Shown: one piece after another, positions 19,590 to 30,049 of the stretch
How the letters are laid out: each line of letters opens with the position of its first letter
Position numbering within the stretch: the stretch's first letter is position 1
NCBI GenBank assembly: GCA_038043045.1
Contig: JBBTCX010000158.1
Location: 1-56,129 of the forward strand
DNA from: Planctomycetota bacterium
GTDB lineage: Bacteria > Planctomycetota > Phycisphaerae > UBA1845
Length of the DNA: 56,129 nt
Direction of reading: 5' to 3'
Translations under genes and position numbers: made by a program
The notes under the pieces: model-generated
What the model was told of the DNA's origin: nothing
Databases searched by the model: none
The model's input: only the letters and a program-made list of their open reading frames with translations

Positions 19590-21173
19590 ATGGGAAATCA
19601 AATATTTGTCGCTCTGACGTTTGCTACATTAATCCTGCGTACGGATGGCTTCGCAGCACAGAACTGCGCCGCAATCCGATACGATTGGACATTGGAAGAT
19701 GTCTTCGCCCGGACGGCGTTCGCCGACGACATAGGAAACTGGTACGTGGCCGGTGCTTTTTACGAACCGCACGACTTCGACCCGACAGTTAGTTTGGATG
19801 TTCGTTCCCCGGCAACGCCTGAGTTTGCCGATCTTTTCATTAGTAAATTGCAGTACGACGGTACCTATGTATGGACCTTTTCCGTAGGTGGAGCCAAGAA
19901 CGAAGAAGTTTTTGGCATTGCAACCGACGACCATGGCAACGTTTTTATCGCTGGGGGTTTTCAGGATACCGTCGATTTTGACCCCGGCCCAGGCGTCGAT
20001 CAACATACGTCGGTATTCTTTTACAACGCCTTTCTCACGAAACTCCGACATGATGGTTCATACTTGAGGACCCGCGCGTTCGAGGGCTACGATTTTGTTT
20101 CCGCACGCGGTGTTGCCGTCGATCGGCATGACAATGTGGTTGTTGTCGGGGGTTCCGCTACGGCCGTGATTGTAAAGCTGACCAATGACGGCGATTACCT
20201 GTGGAATCGCACCATTGCCGGCGGCGCTTGGGTAACGGCCTACGAAGTAGCCGTCGACGCGAATGACGACATCATTGTCTTTGGCCAGTTTCGAGGTACG
20301 GTCGACTTCGATCCTGGACCGGGCTTGGACCGTCGTACGGCCATGAGCCAACCGGTTCCCATTGACCTCTTTGTGACCAAATACCAATCCGATGGTACGT
20401 ACGTATGGACTCATACGTATCCTGCGGGACCGGCATCTTCCAAGTCTCTCGCCCTCCAATCCGATGGCTCCATTTTTCTGGCAGGTGGTATTGGACAATC
20501 GACTGATTTGGATCCAACTGCCGGAGTGGACCTCCGCGAAGGCCCGGCGATTTTCGTCACCAAACTGAACAGCGACGGTTCGTATGGTAGGACTTACTCC
20601 GCAGGGTTCAACTTTGGCGGGTTTCATGCAATAGCTGTTACGTCGGGTGGCGATGTTCTTGCCCTGGGGAGCACGTACCCAGGAGAAGATCCAGATTTTG
20701 ATCCCTCGAAGGAAACCATGACAATTCCGTGTGAGGGTCGAGGGTCGTGCCACTTTCTCTTTTGCCTCGATCCCAAAGGCAAACCGAAATGGGTTAAGGG
20801 AACCCAGGATAATCAAGGAACGAGCTTGACCATGACCCTCTCTGATGCGGGTGAAGTTTATTATTCGACGGCCTTTGTATTCGAGACCACCTTCGACACC
20901 GACATGACCTGCGGAGTCGATCAACGATCGATTGGATTCGACACGTTCCTAGGGCTGACCAAACTTCGTTGCATCGACAGTACCGGCGATTCCGATTCCG
21001 ACGGCGACGTGGACTTGCTCGACCTCGCCGCCTTCCAAAACTGCTTCGAAGGGTCAGACAGTGACACCTGCTCCCCCGGCTGCGACGCCTTCGACCTCCA
21101 CTCCGACAACCGTTTGGATTTACTCGATTATTCTATACTACCACCCTCCATCACTGGCCCATTGGGTCAATAG
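19590..21173 (+). CDS. Secreted SBBP-type beta-propeller protein with dockerin-like C-terminus
   Basis: Signal peptide; repeated VD..GN...G.F..TVDFDPGPG.D and FVTKL..DG.Y.W; C-terminal GDSDSDGDVDLLDLAAFQNCF...DNRLDLLDY...ITGP. Confidence 0.9.
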   Translation: MGNQIFVALTFATLILRTDGFAAQNCAAIRYDWTLEDVFARTAFADDIGNWYVAGAFYEPHDFDPTVSLDVRSPATPEFADLFISKLQYDGTYVWTFSVGGAKNEEVFGIATDDHGNVFIAGGFQDTVDFDPGPGVDQHTSVFFYNAFLTKLRHDGSYLRTRAFEGYDFVSARGVAVDRHDNVVVVGGSATAVIVKLTNDGDYLWNRTIAGGAWVTAYEVAVDANDDIIVFGQFRGTVDFDPGPGLDRRTAMSQPVPIDLFVTKYQSDGTYVWTHTYPAGPASSKSLALQSDGSIFLAGGIGQSTDLDPTAGVDLREGPAIFVTKLNSDGSYGRTYSAGFNFGGFHAIAVTSGGDVLALGSTYPGEDPDFDPSKETMTIPCEGRGSCHFLFCLDPKGKPKWVKGTQDNQGTSLTMTLSDAGEVYYSTAFVFETTFDTDMTCGVDQRSIGFDTFLGLTKLRCIDSTGDSDSDGDVDLLDLAAFQNCFEGSDSDTCSPGCDAFDLHSDNRLDLLDYSILPPSITGPLGQ

Positions 21174-21212
21174 CCAAGCAAACAACTCCAACCCATTCGA
21201 GTAGATTGGATT

Positions 21213-21833
21213 CTACTCTTGCAAAGTTGGTATCTTCCCCTTGGCCTCCAAGAACTCGCACAGCTTCACCGCCGCCTCTTGGGGCGATACGTTGGTCGCG
21301 TCGATCATGAGTTCCGGTTTTAACGGTGCTTCATAAGGGTCGTCGATACCGGTGAATCCCTTAATCTCACCCGCACGAGCTTTTTTGTACAAGCCCTTGG
21401 GATCGCGCGTTTCGCAAACCTCGATCGGTGTATTGCAATGGACCTCGAAGAAGTCGCCGTCGCCGATTGTCTTTCGGGCCACGTCTCGATCGGCACGATA
21501 CGGACTTATGAAAGCCGTTAGGGTAATCACCCCGGCATCCACGAAGAGCTTCCCGACCTCGCCGATGCGACGGATGTTCTCTGTTCGATCCTCAGCGCTG
21601 AACCCTAGGTTCTTGTTCAACCCATGCCGAATATTGTCGCCGTCGAGCACGTAGCACATATGCCCACGCTGAACCAAGGCGTGCTCCAAGGTATAAGCAA
21701 TCGTGCTCTTTCCCGACCCGCTCAACCCCGTGAACCAGATCAATGCACCCTTCTGGTTCAACACCTTCTCCCGCTCCGGACGGCCCACATGTCCCTCATG
21801 CCAAGTGATATTCGTGGCCTTAATCTTGGTCAC
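21213..21833 (-). CDS. cysC: Adenylyl-sulfate kinase
   Basis: [48 protein letters not shown]. Confidence 0.98.
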   Translation of the reverse strand: MTKIKATNITWHEGHVGRPEREKVLNQKGALIWFTGLSGSGKSTIAYTLEHALVQRGHMCYVLDGDNIRHGLNKNLGFSAEDRTENIRRIGEVGKLFVDAGVITLTAFISPYRADRDVARKTIGDGDFFEVHCNTPIEVCETRDPKGLYKKARAGEIKGFTGIDDPYEAPLKPELMIDATNVSPQEAAVKLCEFLEAKGKIPTLQE

Positions 21834-21929
21834 AACAACTCTCCTATCTTGTGAAATCCTTAAATCTCAAACTACGAAGCCGAGTATAGGAATTGCCGAC
21901 GGCAGACTCAAGGCGCTGAAAAAGAACCC

Positions 21930-21971
21930 AAAAAACGGGCGGAGTGGACTTTTCAACCCACGCCGCCCGTT
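21930..21971 (-). terminator. Intrinsic terminator downstream of the first disintegrin-repeat gene
   Basis: AACGGGCGG/CCGCCCGTT stem followed by a T-run on the minus strand. Confidence 0.7.
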
Positions 21972-22055
21972 CAATCTCATTCCGGCTAATTCAAGGCATC
22001 GCAGATCACGTCGATGTCTGAACCCATTCCCAATGGAATGGTACCGGTTTTTTTT

Positions 22056-24119
22056 CTACTGGTCTTCTCCTCCACCTCCGCCTCCTCCGCATGAGGGGTT
22101 GGGACACGGATAGGGCAATCCTTGAGCCGCACTCGAGCACACGGAAATATCAATCGCGTTGATGATTCCCTCTGGCGTGCACGTTGACGTGCTCTTAAGG
22201 TCCGTGCCATAACGGGTCGCCTGAGTGAAGTTCCCTTGGAACGCCAGAACAACAAGATTAACATCGTTCGTGTTGGCAAACCCATCGTTGTTTACATCTC
22301 CCCACTTCCAAGTCGTCCCCGACCCAAGCAACTGGAGATTTCCACCCGAGCTGTTGGCCGTATAGAACGTGTATGTTCGCGACGGCACAACCTTCTCACC
22401 CGTCACATGGACTGTGCCCCAACTATCCGCCGAAAGCAGCCCTCCCTGAGCCACCGTATTTACCACGAAAGAGATTCCATACGGGGCGACCGGCGCGGCC
22501 AGCCAACCCTGAATTCCTCCACAGGCCGTTACGAAAATCTTCACGGGCGTTGTGCTCGCCCCGTTGGGACCCGCGCACGGTGAAACGTTCAAGTACCGCG
22601 ATCCCTCGCCAACCACCGGAACCGTTGGGTAAGGTATATCTGCTGGACAGGTCGTGCTCGTACCCGTGCAATATTCGGGATCATCGCAAGGATGCCCGCT
22701 CGATGAACGGCAAACCCATTGGGTCGGTTCCGCCATGTCGGGAGGACAATTCGGTCCAGATCCGTTGCAATACTCGTTGACATCGCAAACCCCGACCGCC
22801 ACTCGGCAAAGAGAAGTCGTGTTAAGCACGTCAGCAGGACAAGCTGCACTACTTCCCGTGCAGTTCTCGGCAAAGTCGCAAACCCCGGCGGACGCACGGC
22901 AGACCGTTGTCGATGGCACATACAAGTTCGCCGGACACGTGGCGCTGGTCCCGGTGCAGTTCTCGGCCACATCGCATCCACCGGCCGAGGCTCGACAAGT
23001 AACGGTCGACGGTTGGAACACGTCTGCCGAACAATTCGGCCCGCTTCCCGTGCAATACTCGGGTATGTCACAAACTCCGCCCGTCCGGCATACGTAGGCC
23101 GCGTTTCTGAACAGGTCAGTCGGGCAGACTCCACTACTGCCCGTACACACTTCCGCCAAGTCGCAACCACCGGCTATCGCCCGACAGGATGTGTTTAACG
23201 GCTTGAAGGTGCATGTTGCCGTGCAACACGAACCCGTCGTCCCGTTGGCAGCGCCCTGATCGCACTGTTCACCCGAAACGACGAGCCCATCCCCACAGTC
23301 GCACGCATTACCGATGCCGTTATTGTTGGTGTCTTCTTGGCCCGGATTGGGAACGTTTACGCAATTGTCGCAACCATTTATGTCGCCGTCCCCGTCTGTA
23401 TCCGGGTCGCACGCATCAATTTGATCATTATTGTTGCAATCATAGGCCGTTGAGTATTCCATCGTCACTTCGATGTACGACCCGGTGCACGGCACGACCA
23501 AGCTGTTCGGAAGCATGTAAATCTGAACATCCCGATTCACGTCCAACAACCCATTAAACACATCTTTAGGCACGAGAATCGTGTCGTAACCTATTACCCC
23601 ACAAGCAACGTTCACGGTCTCATAGGCGTTTCCCACGCCCGTACCGTTCATGAGCACGGAGACGTGCGATTTGAGGTTGTTCAAACTACCTTTGGCCTCA
23701 AAGGTCAGCGTCACATCGCCGACCGCCGGTGGCACGTGATAAAAAGTAACATTAGGAGTTGAACCGGACTGCAACGGCGAAAGCACACCGGAATACCCGG
23801 TCATCAACGCTCCGCAAACGTTGGCGTCACAGAGCCCAGCCGAAAGGCAATCCGGAAAACAACTGGGATAATTGCAATTGTTAATCACCCCCACAATTTC
23901 GCAACAGTCCCCGACATCGTTCAAATTGCAATCCGTGCACGGCTCTTTAGGCGCAGCCACTTGTGCAGGGGCGGCTGCCTGTGCTGGGGCAGCCACTTGT
24001 TCAGGGGTGCCCACCTTGGATGAGTCAGCCATCAACCCCGACGACAGCACGAACAAGAATACCGGGCAAAGCCCACTCGCCAAACCAAACAACCCACAAG
24101 ATCGCCTCTTGAATTGCAT
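22056..24119 (-). CDS. Secreted Cys-rich protein: TSP3-like Ca-binding repeat, six disintegrin-like repeats, dockerin-like C-terminus (paralogue A)
   Basis: Signal peptide; DTDGDG..DNC..VPNPGQEDT..GIGNACD; CGDG....EQCD; 6x CRxxxGxCDxxExCxGxSxxCPxD; GDVNNDGFANTNDV. Confidence 0.9.
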   Translation of the reverse strand: MQFKRRSCGLFGLASGLCPVFLFVLSSGLMADSSKVGTPEQVAAPAQAAAPAQVAAPKEPCTDCNLNDVGDCCEIVGVINNCNYPSCFPDCLSAGLCDANVCGALMTGYSGVLSPLQSGSTPNVTFYHVPPAVGDVTLTFEAKGSLNNLKSHVSVLMNGTGVGNAYETVNVACGVIGYDTILVPKDVFNGLLDVNRDVQIYMLPNSLVVPCTGSYIEVTMEYSTAYDCNNNDQIDACDPDTDGDGDINGCDNCVNVPNPGQEDTNNNGIGNACDCGDGLVVSGEQCDQGAANGTTGSCCTATCTFKPLNTSCRAIAGGCDLAEVCTGSSGVCPTDLFRNAAYVCRTGGVCDIPEYCTGSGPNCSADVFQPSTVTCRASAGGCDVAENCTGTSATCPANLYVPSTTVCRASAGVCDFAENCTGSSAACPADVLNTTSLCRVAVGVCDVNEYCNGSGPNCPPDMAEPTQWVCRSSSGHPCDDPEYCTGTSTTCPADIPYPTVPVVGEGSRYLNVSPCAGPNGASTTPVKIFVTACGGIQGWLAAPVAPYGISFVVNTVAQGGLLSADSWGTVHVTGEKVVPSRTYTFYTANSSGGNLQLLGSGTTWKWGDVNNDGFANTNDVNLVVLAFQGNFTQATRYGTDLKSTSTCTPEGIINAIDISVCSSAAQGLPYPCPNPSCGGGGGGGEDQ

Positions 24120-24378
24120 GATCCCACTCTCCTTTCGGCCGCAGAGTTAGCTCCAACGGCCACTCGCTTTGTTCTCCGCCGACCGGTCAAACACTCGTTC
24201 GCCCGAATCCCCGACGGTTTTCTTCGCGGACATCAAAAGAATTCACTTTTCAACTTTTCCCACGAACAATTGACCCTTGAGCGTATTCGTGCTTCGAATC
24301 GAGAATCGTCAAACCGGCCTCAATAGCGTGCCGACCAAGAAGGCTATGAAAGGCCGCGTTTGAACAAGATTGATGGGG

Positions 24379-24407
24379 ACCCTAACCTGAGCGGCAACTG
24401 CTGTCAA
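24379..24407 (-). promoter_or_regulatory. Sigma70-like promoter TTGACA-N17-TAGGGT for paralogue A
   Basis: 17-bp spacing; same position conserved upstream of paralogue B. Confidence 0.6.
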
Positions 24408-24422
24408 GATTAGCAGACCCAC

Positions 24423-24461
24423 AAAAGAACGGGCGGAACCGGCGCAATGCCGCTCCGCCCG
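24423..24461 (-). terminator. Terminator-like hairpin downstream of paralogue B
   Basis: CGGGCGGA/TCCGCCCG stem followed by TTCTTTT on the minus strand. Confidence 0.6.
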
Positions 24462-24575
24462 CTTTGGGTCCTTCTTACGCGCGCCCTGTACTTACGCGAT
24501 GCCCCACAAAACCATCGTCGTAGCCGGGTGCATGTTTGAACCGCTATTCATCCAAACCACCCACACTGCCGTGGA

Positions 24576-26498
24576 TCAAGGGCAGGTGAACGGCGAGCAG
24601 TAGAAGGAAAACTGCTGACCGCCAAAGGCATTCTTCACGGCCAGGATATCGTCAAGATTGATCGTGCCGTTCGCCGTGCAGCCCAAGACATCGCATCCAT
24701 AACGCGTTGCATTTACGAAGTTTCCGGCAAAGCAAGAATTCACATAGAGCATGTCACTCACATTCATAAAACCGTCGCCGTCTACATCACACCACTTCCA
24801 CGTTTGCCCCGCCCCAAGCAAATCGAAATTTTCACCCGTATAAAACGTGTACGTTCGCAACGGCACAACCTTCGCCCCCGTCACATGGACCGTTCCCCAA
24901 TCTTCGGGCGAAAGGAGCGCCCCTTCTCCCACCGTATCCACAACATAGGAGATTCCATACGGTCCGGTCGGTGCGGCCAGCCAACCCTGAATTCCACCGC
25001 ACGCCGATACAAAAATCTTCACCAGCGTTGTGTCCGCCCCGTTGGGACCCGCACACGGTGAAACTTTCAAATACCGCGACCCCTCGGCAACCACCGGAGA
25101 CGTCGGGAACGGCACATCTGCTGGACAGGTCGCGCTCGAACCCGTGCAGTATTCGGGATCGTCGCATGGACCGGTCGAGGAACGGCAAACCCAGGGGGTT
25201 TGTTCGAACGCGTCTGGAGGACAATTCGGCCCGGATCCGTCGCAATATTCGTTCACGTCGCAAACCCCGACCGCCACTCGGCAGATAGAGGACGTGTTGA
25301 GCACGTCAGCCGGACATGCTGCGCTACTTCCCGTGCAGTTCTCGGCAAAGTCGCAAACACCGGCGGACGCACGGCAGACCGTTGTGGATGGTGCGTATCC
25401 GTTGACTGGGCAGACTGCACTTCCCCCCGGGCAATACTCAGCGACGTCGCAACCACCGGGAGCCGCTACGCGACAAACATACGTCGGCAATCTGAACGCG
25501 TCAGCCGGGCACGCCGCAGTGCTCCCCGTGCAAAACTCGGGCAGATCGCATCCCCCCGGCGCCGGCGCGCGACAGGTGTGCGTCGCCGGTCTAAACACGT
25601 TCTTCGGGCAAAACGCACCACTACCGGTACAAGTTTCGGCCAAGTCGCAAACACCGGCTGCCGCTCGGCAGACGGTACCCGGCGCCGAATAAGTGCAACT
25701 TGGTGTGCAGCAAACGCTGCCGTCGCACTGCTCGCCCGGAGCGACAAATCCATCTCCACAGTCGCACGCATTGCCTTGGCCGTCTTGATCGATGTCCTCC
25801 TGGCCGGGGTTGAACATCAGCGGACAATTGTCGCAATCATCAATCACGCCGTCCCCGTCCGTATCCGATTCGCACTCATCAATTTGATAATCATTGTCGC
25901 AGTCATGGGCGGTTTCGTATTCCATCGTCACCGCGATGTACGACCCACTGCATGCACCCACCAAACTGTTCGGAAGCATATAAATCTGGACGTCCCATTG
26001 TGCATCCAAGAGCCCATTGAATTCCGCCTCGGATAAAACCAGAGTGTCGCCCGTGTCGACACACGCGGGGGCGCTTTCAAACACACTCCCAACAGAGTTG
26101 CCGTTCATGAGCACGGCGACAACAGCCTTGGGGTTGCTCAAAGCTCCTTTGGCTTCAAACGTGAGCGTCACATCACTGACGGCCGGAGGCACGTGATAAA
26201 ATGTAACGTTGGGACTCTGACCGCTTTCCAAAGGCGAAAGCTCGCCGGAATAGCCGATCATGATGGCGAAACACACACTGGCGTTACACCCAACCGGATC
26301 GCAATCCGGAAAACAACTGGGGTAATTGCACCCAAGAGTGTAGGGCATTTCACAACAGTCGGAAACATCGTTCAGATTGCAATCCGTGCACGGTTCCTCT
26401 GGGGCAGCCATCAACCCCGACGCCATCCACAACAAAAGTCCCGGGCAAAGCCCACACCCCAAACGAAACAACCCACCAAATCGCCTCTTCATTTGCAT
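24576..26498 (-). CDS. Secreted Cys-rich disintegrin-repeat protein (paralogue B)
   Basis: Colinear with paralogue A; true start MQMKRR at 26498 aligns with MQFKRR of A; six repeats; C-terminal DVDGDGFMNVSDM...NGTINLDDI. Confidence 0.9.
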   Translation of the reverse strand: MQMKRRFGGLFRLGCGLCPGLLLWMASGLMAAPEEPCTDCNLNDVSDCCEMPYTLGCNYPSCFPDCDPVGCNASVCFAIMIGYSGELSPLESGQSPNVTFYHVPPAVSDVTLTFEAKGALSNPKAVVAVLMNGNSVGSVFESAPACVDTGDTLVLSEAEFNGLLDAQWDVQIYMLPNSLVGACSGSYIAVTMEYETAHDCDNDYQIDECESDTDGDGVIDDCDNCPLMFNPGQEDIDQDGQGNACDCGDGFVAPGEQCDGSVCCTPSCTYSAPGTVCRAAAGVCDLAETCTGSGAFCPKNVFRPATHTCRAPAPGGCDLPEFCTGSTAACPADAFRLPTYVCRVAAPGGCDVAEYCPGGSAVCPVNGYAPSTTVCRASAGVCDFAENCTGSSAACPADVLNTSSICRVAVGVCDVNEYCDGSGPNCPPDAFEQTPWVCRSSTGPCDDPEYCTGSSATCPADVPFPTSPVVAEGSRYLKVSPCAGPNGADTTLVKIFVSACGGIQGWLAAPTGPYGISYVVDTVGEGALLSPEDWGTVHVTGAKVVPLRTYTFYTGENFDLLGAGQTWKWCDVDGDGFMNVSDMLYVNSCFAGNFVNATRYGCDVLGCTANGTINLDDILAVKNAFGGQQFSFYCSPFTCP

Positions 26499-26759
26499 GA
26501 TCCCACTCTCCCTTTGACCGTTGAAATGCGATCCAACGGCCCTACCTTGACTCTCCGCCGACCGAACCAACGCATATTGGTTCACATCGCCGGCGGCCCT
26601 TTTCCGTTGAATTAAAGCGAACTCCCTTGTCGACTTTTCAAACGATCCAATTGACCCTTGGGCGTTTTCGTGCTTTGAATCGCAGAACGCCAAACCGGCC
26701 TCAATAGCCTTCCGACCAGGACAGCCAAAGAACGCCGAATTTGAACAAGGTTAAAGGGA

Positions 26760-26788
26760 ACTGTAACCCGAGAACGAATCGCTGTCAA
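26760..26788 (-). promoter_or_regulatory. Sigma70-like promoter TTGACA-N17-TACAGT for paralogue B
   Basis: 17-bp spacing; homologous to 24379-24407. Confidence 0.6.
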
Positions 26789-26956
26789 GATTAGCGGAGC
26801 CGCAAAAAAAATGACGGGCGGAACCCGCCTTACAAATTGAGATTGCAAGTTGAGAATCGAAATCGATTCCTCATCCCACGTGCCGTTGAGTCCATGTCTC
26901 GACGTCAATACAAACGAGGGGTAACCCAAGTTGGCTCAGGAATTCTCAGAGCTTAT

Positions 26957-28654
26957 TCAAGGAGTGAGTCCGAACGCCCGAACGTTTCGTTCTCTTGCCG
27001 TTTGAATCGCTTCGTCATATCCCGCATCGACGTGACGAAAAACCCCCATGGCCGGATCGGCGGTAAGCACCCGCTCCAATCGTAGGGCCGCTTCTTTCGT
27101 TCCATCCGCGACGATCACTTGGCCCGCGTGAATCGCGTATCCGATCCCGACCCCGCCGCCATGATGAACGGAAACCCACGTCGCTCCGCAGGCCGTGTTA
27201 GCCAGCGCATTCAAGATGGGCCAATCCGCAATCGCGTCCGATCCGTCCTTCATCCCCTCGGTTTCCCGATTCGGCGAAGCCACGCTGCCACAATCCAAAT
27301 GATCGCGCCCAATGACGATCGGCGCGGAAATCTCTCCCTTGGCCACCAGATCGTTGAACACCAAACCCATCTTCGCCCGCTCACCATACCCCAACCAACA
27401 AATGCGCGCGGGAAGCCCTTGAAACGCAATTCGCTCACCGGCCAACTTGATCCACCGACCGAGGTGCTCATTCTTGGGGAACGTCTCCAACACGGCTCGG
27501 TCTGTACGCGCGATATCTTTTGGATCTCCCGACAGCGCCGCCCATCGAAACGGTCCCTGTCCCTCGCAAAAAAGCGGGCGAATGTACAAAGGAACAAACC
27601 CTTCGATATCGAACGCGTTTTCCACTCCCACCAGTTTGGCTTGGCCGCGAATGTTATTCCCGTAATCAAACACGATCGACCCGCGACGCTGCAATTCTAA
27701 CATGGCCGAAACATGCTCACCCATCGCTCGCATCGATTCGGTGATATACCGGTCCGGATCGGTTTGGCGAAGCGTCACGGCCTCGTCAAAAGAAATCCCA
27801 TTCGGCACATAACCCTGCAAGGCATCATGGGCGGAGGTTTGATCGGTGACAATCTCTGGCACTACATTCCGGCGGACAAGTTCCGGCAAAACGTCCGCAC
27901 AATTGCCCAGCAACCCGATAGAAAGCGGCTGTCGACTCTTCCGGGCATCCTCGGCCCATCGCAACGCCTCATCCAGGCTCCCCGTAAATTTGTCGAGGTA
28001 TCGCGTCCGAATGCGCCGTTCGATCCTTCGCCGATCGACTTCCACGCAGAGACACACGCCGTCATTCATCGTCGTCGCCAACGGCTGGGCCCCGCCCATT
28101 CCGCCCAATCCGCCGGTCACCAACAGTCGCCCGCAAAGCGTCCCGCCAAAATGCTTCTTCGCGCACGCCGCGAACGTTTCATACGTCCCTTGCAGAATCC
28201 CCTGCGTGCCGATGTAAATCCAACTCCCGGCCGTCATCTGACCAAACATGGTCAGCCCCATCGCCTCCAACCGCCGAAACTCATCCCACGTCGCCCAATG
28301 CGGCACCAACATCGAGTTCGAAATCAACACCCTCGGCGCATCCGGATGCGTTCGCAACACTCCGACCGCCCGACCCGATTGCACCAGCAACGTCTCATCA
28401 TTACCGAGATCTTTCAGGGCCGCGACGATGCGATCGTAATCCTTCCAACTCCGTGCAGCCTTCCCGCTTCCGCCGTAAACAATGAGTTCCGCCGGATTTT
28501 CGGCCACGTCGGGATCTAGGTTGTTCATCAACATCCGCAACGCCGCTTCCTGCTGCCATCCTTTGCACGAAAGCGAAAGACCCCGCGGCGCACGAATCGT
28601 CCGTGCCACACTCGACTTGGTTTCTTCTCGCGAAGGAAATGTTACGGCCATCAT
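26957..28654 (-). CDS. hutU: Urocanate hydratase
   Basis: [64 protein letters not shown]. Confidence 0.98.
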   Translation of the reverse strand: MMAVTFPSREETKSSVARTIRAPRGLSLSCKGWQQEAALRMLMNNLDPDVAENPAELIVYGGSGKAARSWKDYDRIVAALKDLGNDETLLVQSGRAVGVLRTHPDAPRVLISNSMLVPHWATWDEFRRLEAMGLTMFGQMTAGSWIYIGTQGILQGTYETFAACAKKHFGGTLCGRLLVTGGLGGMGGAQPLATTMNDGVCLCVEVDRRRIERRIRTRYLDKFTGSLDEALRWAEDARKSRQPLSIGLLGNCADVLPELVRRNVVPEIVTDQTSAHDALQGYVPNGISFDEAVTLRQTDPDRYITESMRAMGEHVSAMLELQRRGSIVFDYGNNIRGQAKLVGVENAFDIEGFVPLYIRPLFCEGQGPFRWAALSGDPKDIARTDRAVLETFPKNEHLGRWIKLAGERIAFQGLPARICWLGYGERAKMGLVFNDLVAKGEISAPIVIGRDHLDCGSVASPNRETEGMKDGSDAIADWPILNALANTACGATWVSVHHGGGVGIGYAIHAGQVIVADGTKEAALRLERVLTADPAMGVFRHVDAGYDEAIQTARERNVRAFGLTP

Positions 28655-28852
28655 TCGTTTCCGATCATTCTGATTCACACCACCGCTCGGCCATCGCAAT
28701 TCGCAATCCCAGCGCGGCGGTCAAGACTCTATCTCGATCGCATTCGGAATTATAAACCACACGGGTTACCCGGCAATCGCCCGAGCCATTCCACGAATTA
28801 TCACGGTGAAATGACGGAAATTGATTTGGGGCCGGCGATGAAAGGGATTACG

Positions 28853-29740
28853 CTATCGCCTTTTTTCGGCCTTTTGCAATTGATCCACGACCGACCAGCG
28901 CTGCGACAAATCCGTCGTCGCAATATCGACCAAATCATCCGAAGTGTCCGCCGATACCGGTTCAATATGATTGCGCGGACTGGTCGCGTTCTGTGTCACT
29001 CGACCCACGCCCGCCGACAACACGCGCACAATAAACCGCGATTCCCCGATCGCCAGCGTATCTTCATTATGCAACATGGAAAAACACACCGGTTCGTTAT
29101 TTACATAGGTGTGGTTGCGACTGATGAGGTCCACAATGGCCGGATAACCATGATACGTAAACAATATCGCGTGCACCCGCGACGCATTCAAATCCTCCAC
29201 CGTCACATCACAAGGCCGCCTTCGCCCGATCAAACACGCTTCCCGCGTCGGCTGCAAAATCCTGCCCGACGGAACATGTTCTAACGCGATGACCTGCGGA
29301 GTCGGTTCAAGGCCAAACGGATTGACGTCGTCGGATGCCTCATCGCCGCGATCAATCCCGACCCGAAACTCCCAAGGCCCAACGCCCAGCCGATCTCCGT
29401 TCGACAGCGGCTCATACAACAGCTTCAAATCATTAAGAAGCGTGCCCTTCTGAGTCGCGAGATCAATCCCAATAACTTTGGTACCCGTCTGAAGGATGGC
29501 CAGATGAACCGGCTCCACGCGCCGATTCGGCAAGACCAGTTTGCAACCCGATCGCGAACCCAGAAGTGTCACAATCCGGCGGCATTCAATAACCTGTTCA
29601 CCCTTCGCCCCTTTTTGAACCACAAGTCGAACTTGCGGAGCGGATTGAGTGACCTCGGGAATATCCGGATTGATAGGTTCGGTTGTCACATCGGACTCCC
29701 GCTTCCTTCCATTCCGTTTGATGGCTTCGCTTTCTTTCAT
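28853..29740 (-). CDS. Tandem FHA-domain protein
   Basis: C-terminal FHA: IGR..CDV....ASRVHA...DLISRNHTYVN; degenerate N-terminal FHA: LGS..GC...V..VH...DL....GT..N. Confidence 0.85.
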   Translation of the reverse strand: MKESEAIKRNGRKRESDVTTEPINPDIPEVTQSAPQVRLVVQKGAKGEQVIECRRIVTLLGSRSGCKLVLPNRRVEPVHLAILQTGTKVIGIDLATQKGTLLNDLKLLYEPLSNGDRLGVGPWEFRVGIDRGDEASDDVNPFGLEPTPQVIALEHVPSGRILQPTREACLIGRRRPCDVTVEDLNASRVHAILFTYHGYPAIVDLISRNHTYVNNEPVCFSMLHNEDTLAIGESRFIVRVLSAGVGRVTQNATSPRNHIEPVSADTSDDLVDIATTDLSQRWSVVDQLQKAEKRR

Positions 29741-29979
29741 GTGTTCCGATGATCAGAGCCGCCTGTCTGCCTCCAGCGCTCTTTCCGCTGAGTATAGCCC
29801 GCTAACCAACCCGATTCCAGTAAAACTTTTATCGGCCCCAGGGTCCATCACCTTGTCGACCAAGGACGATTCCGTGATTAGAGTGCATCCTGAAACCCCA
29901 GCGAACTGCGGGCAGATTTCGCCCCGGCTTGCCGGGAGCCCGCACAGCCCCGCAAATGCATGGGGGAGCACACATTTCT

Positions 29980-30002
29980 GAGCCGCGACCGTGAGAGAAT
30001 GG
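29980..30002. repeat. Degenerate REP-like copy GAGCCGCGACCGTGAGAGAATGG
   Basis: Matches the reverse complement of 1786-1808 at 20 of 23 positions. Confidence 0.6.
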
Positions 30003-30049
30003 TCCTTTTCAACCCGAAAACTCGCGTGCGTCGCCACACTTGGGTCGTA

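Noticed and set aside
22640-25700. Periodic ~95-100-bp repeats as a CRISPR array or DGR template/variable pair
   Set aside because: They are in-frame coding disintegrin-like repeats; no cas or reverse transcriptase gene, and differences are not adenine-specific
26499-26693. 65-aa N-terminal extension of paralogue B
   Set aside because: Corresponds to the duplicated non-coding leader; paralogue A starts at the equivalent Met and the signal peptide begins there
29870-29975. Possible second MITE or structured RNA upstream of the FHA gene
   Set aside because: GC-rich partial hairpins but no paired terminal repeats or recognisable RNA family
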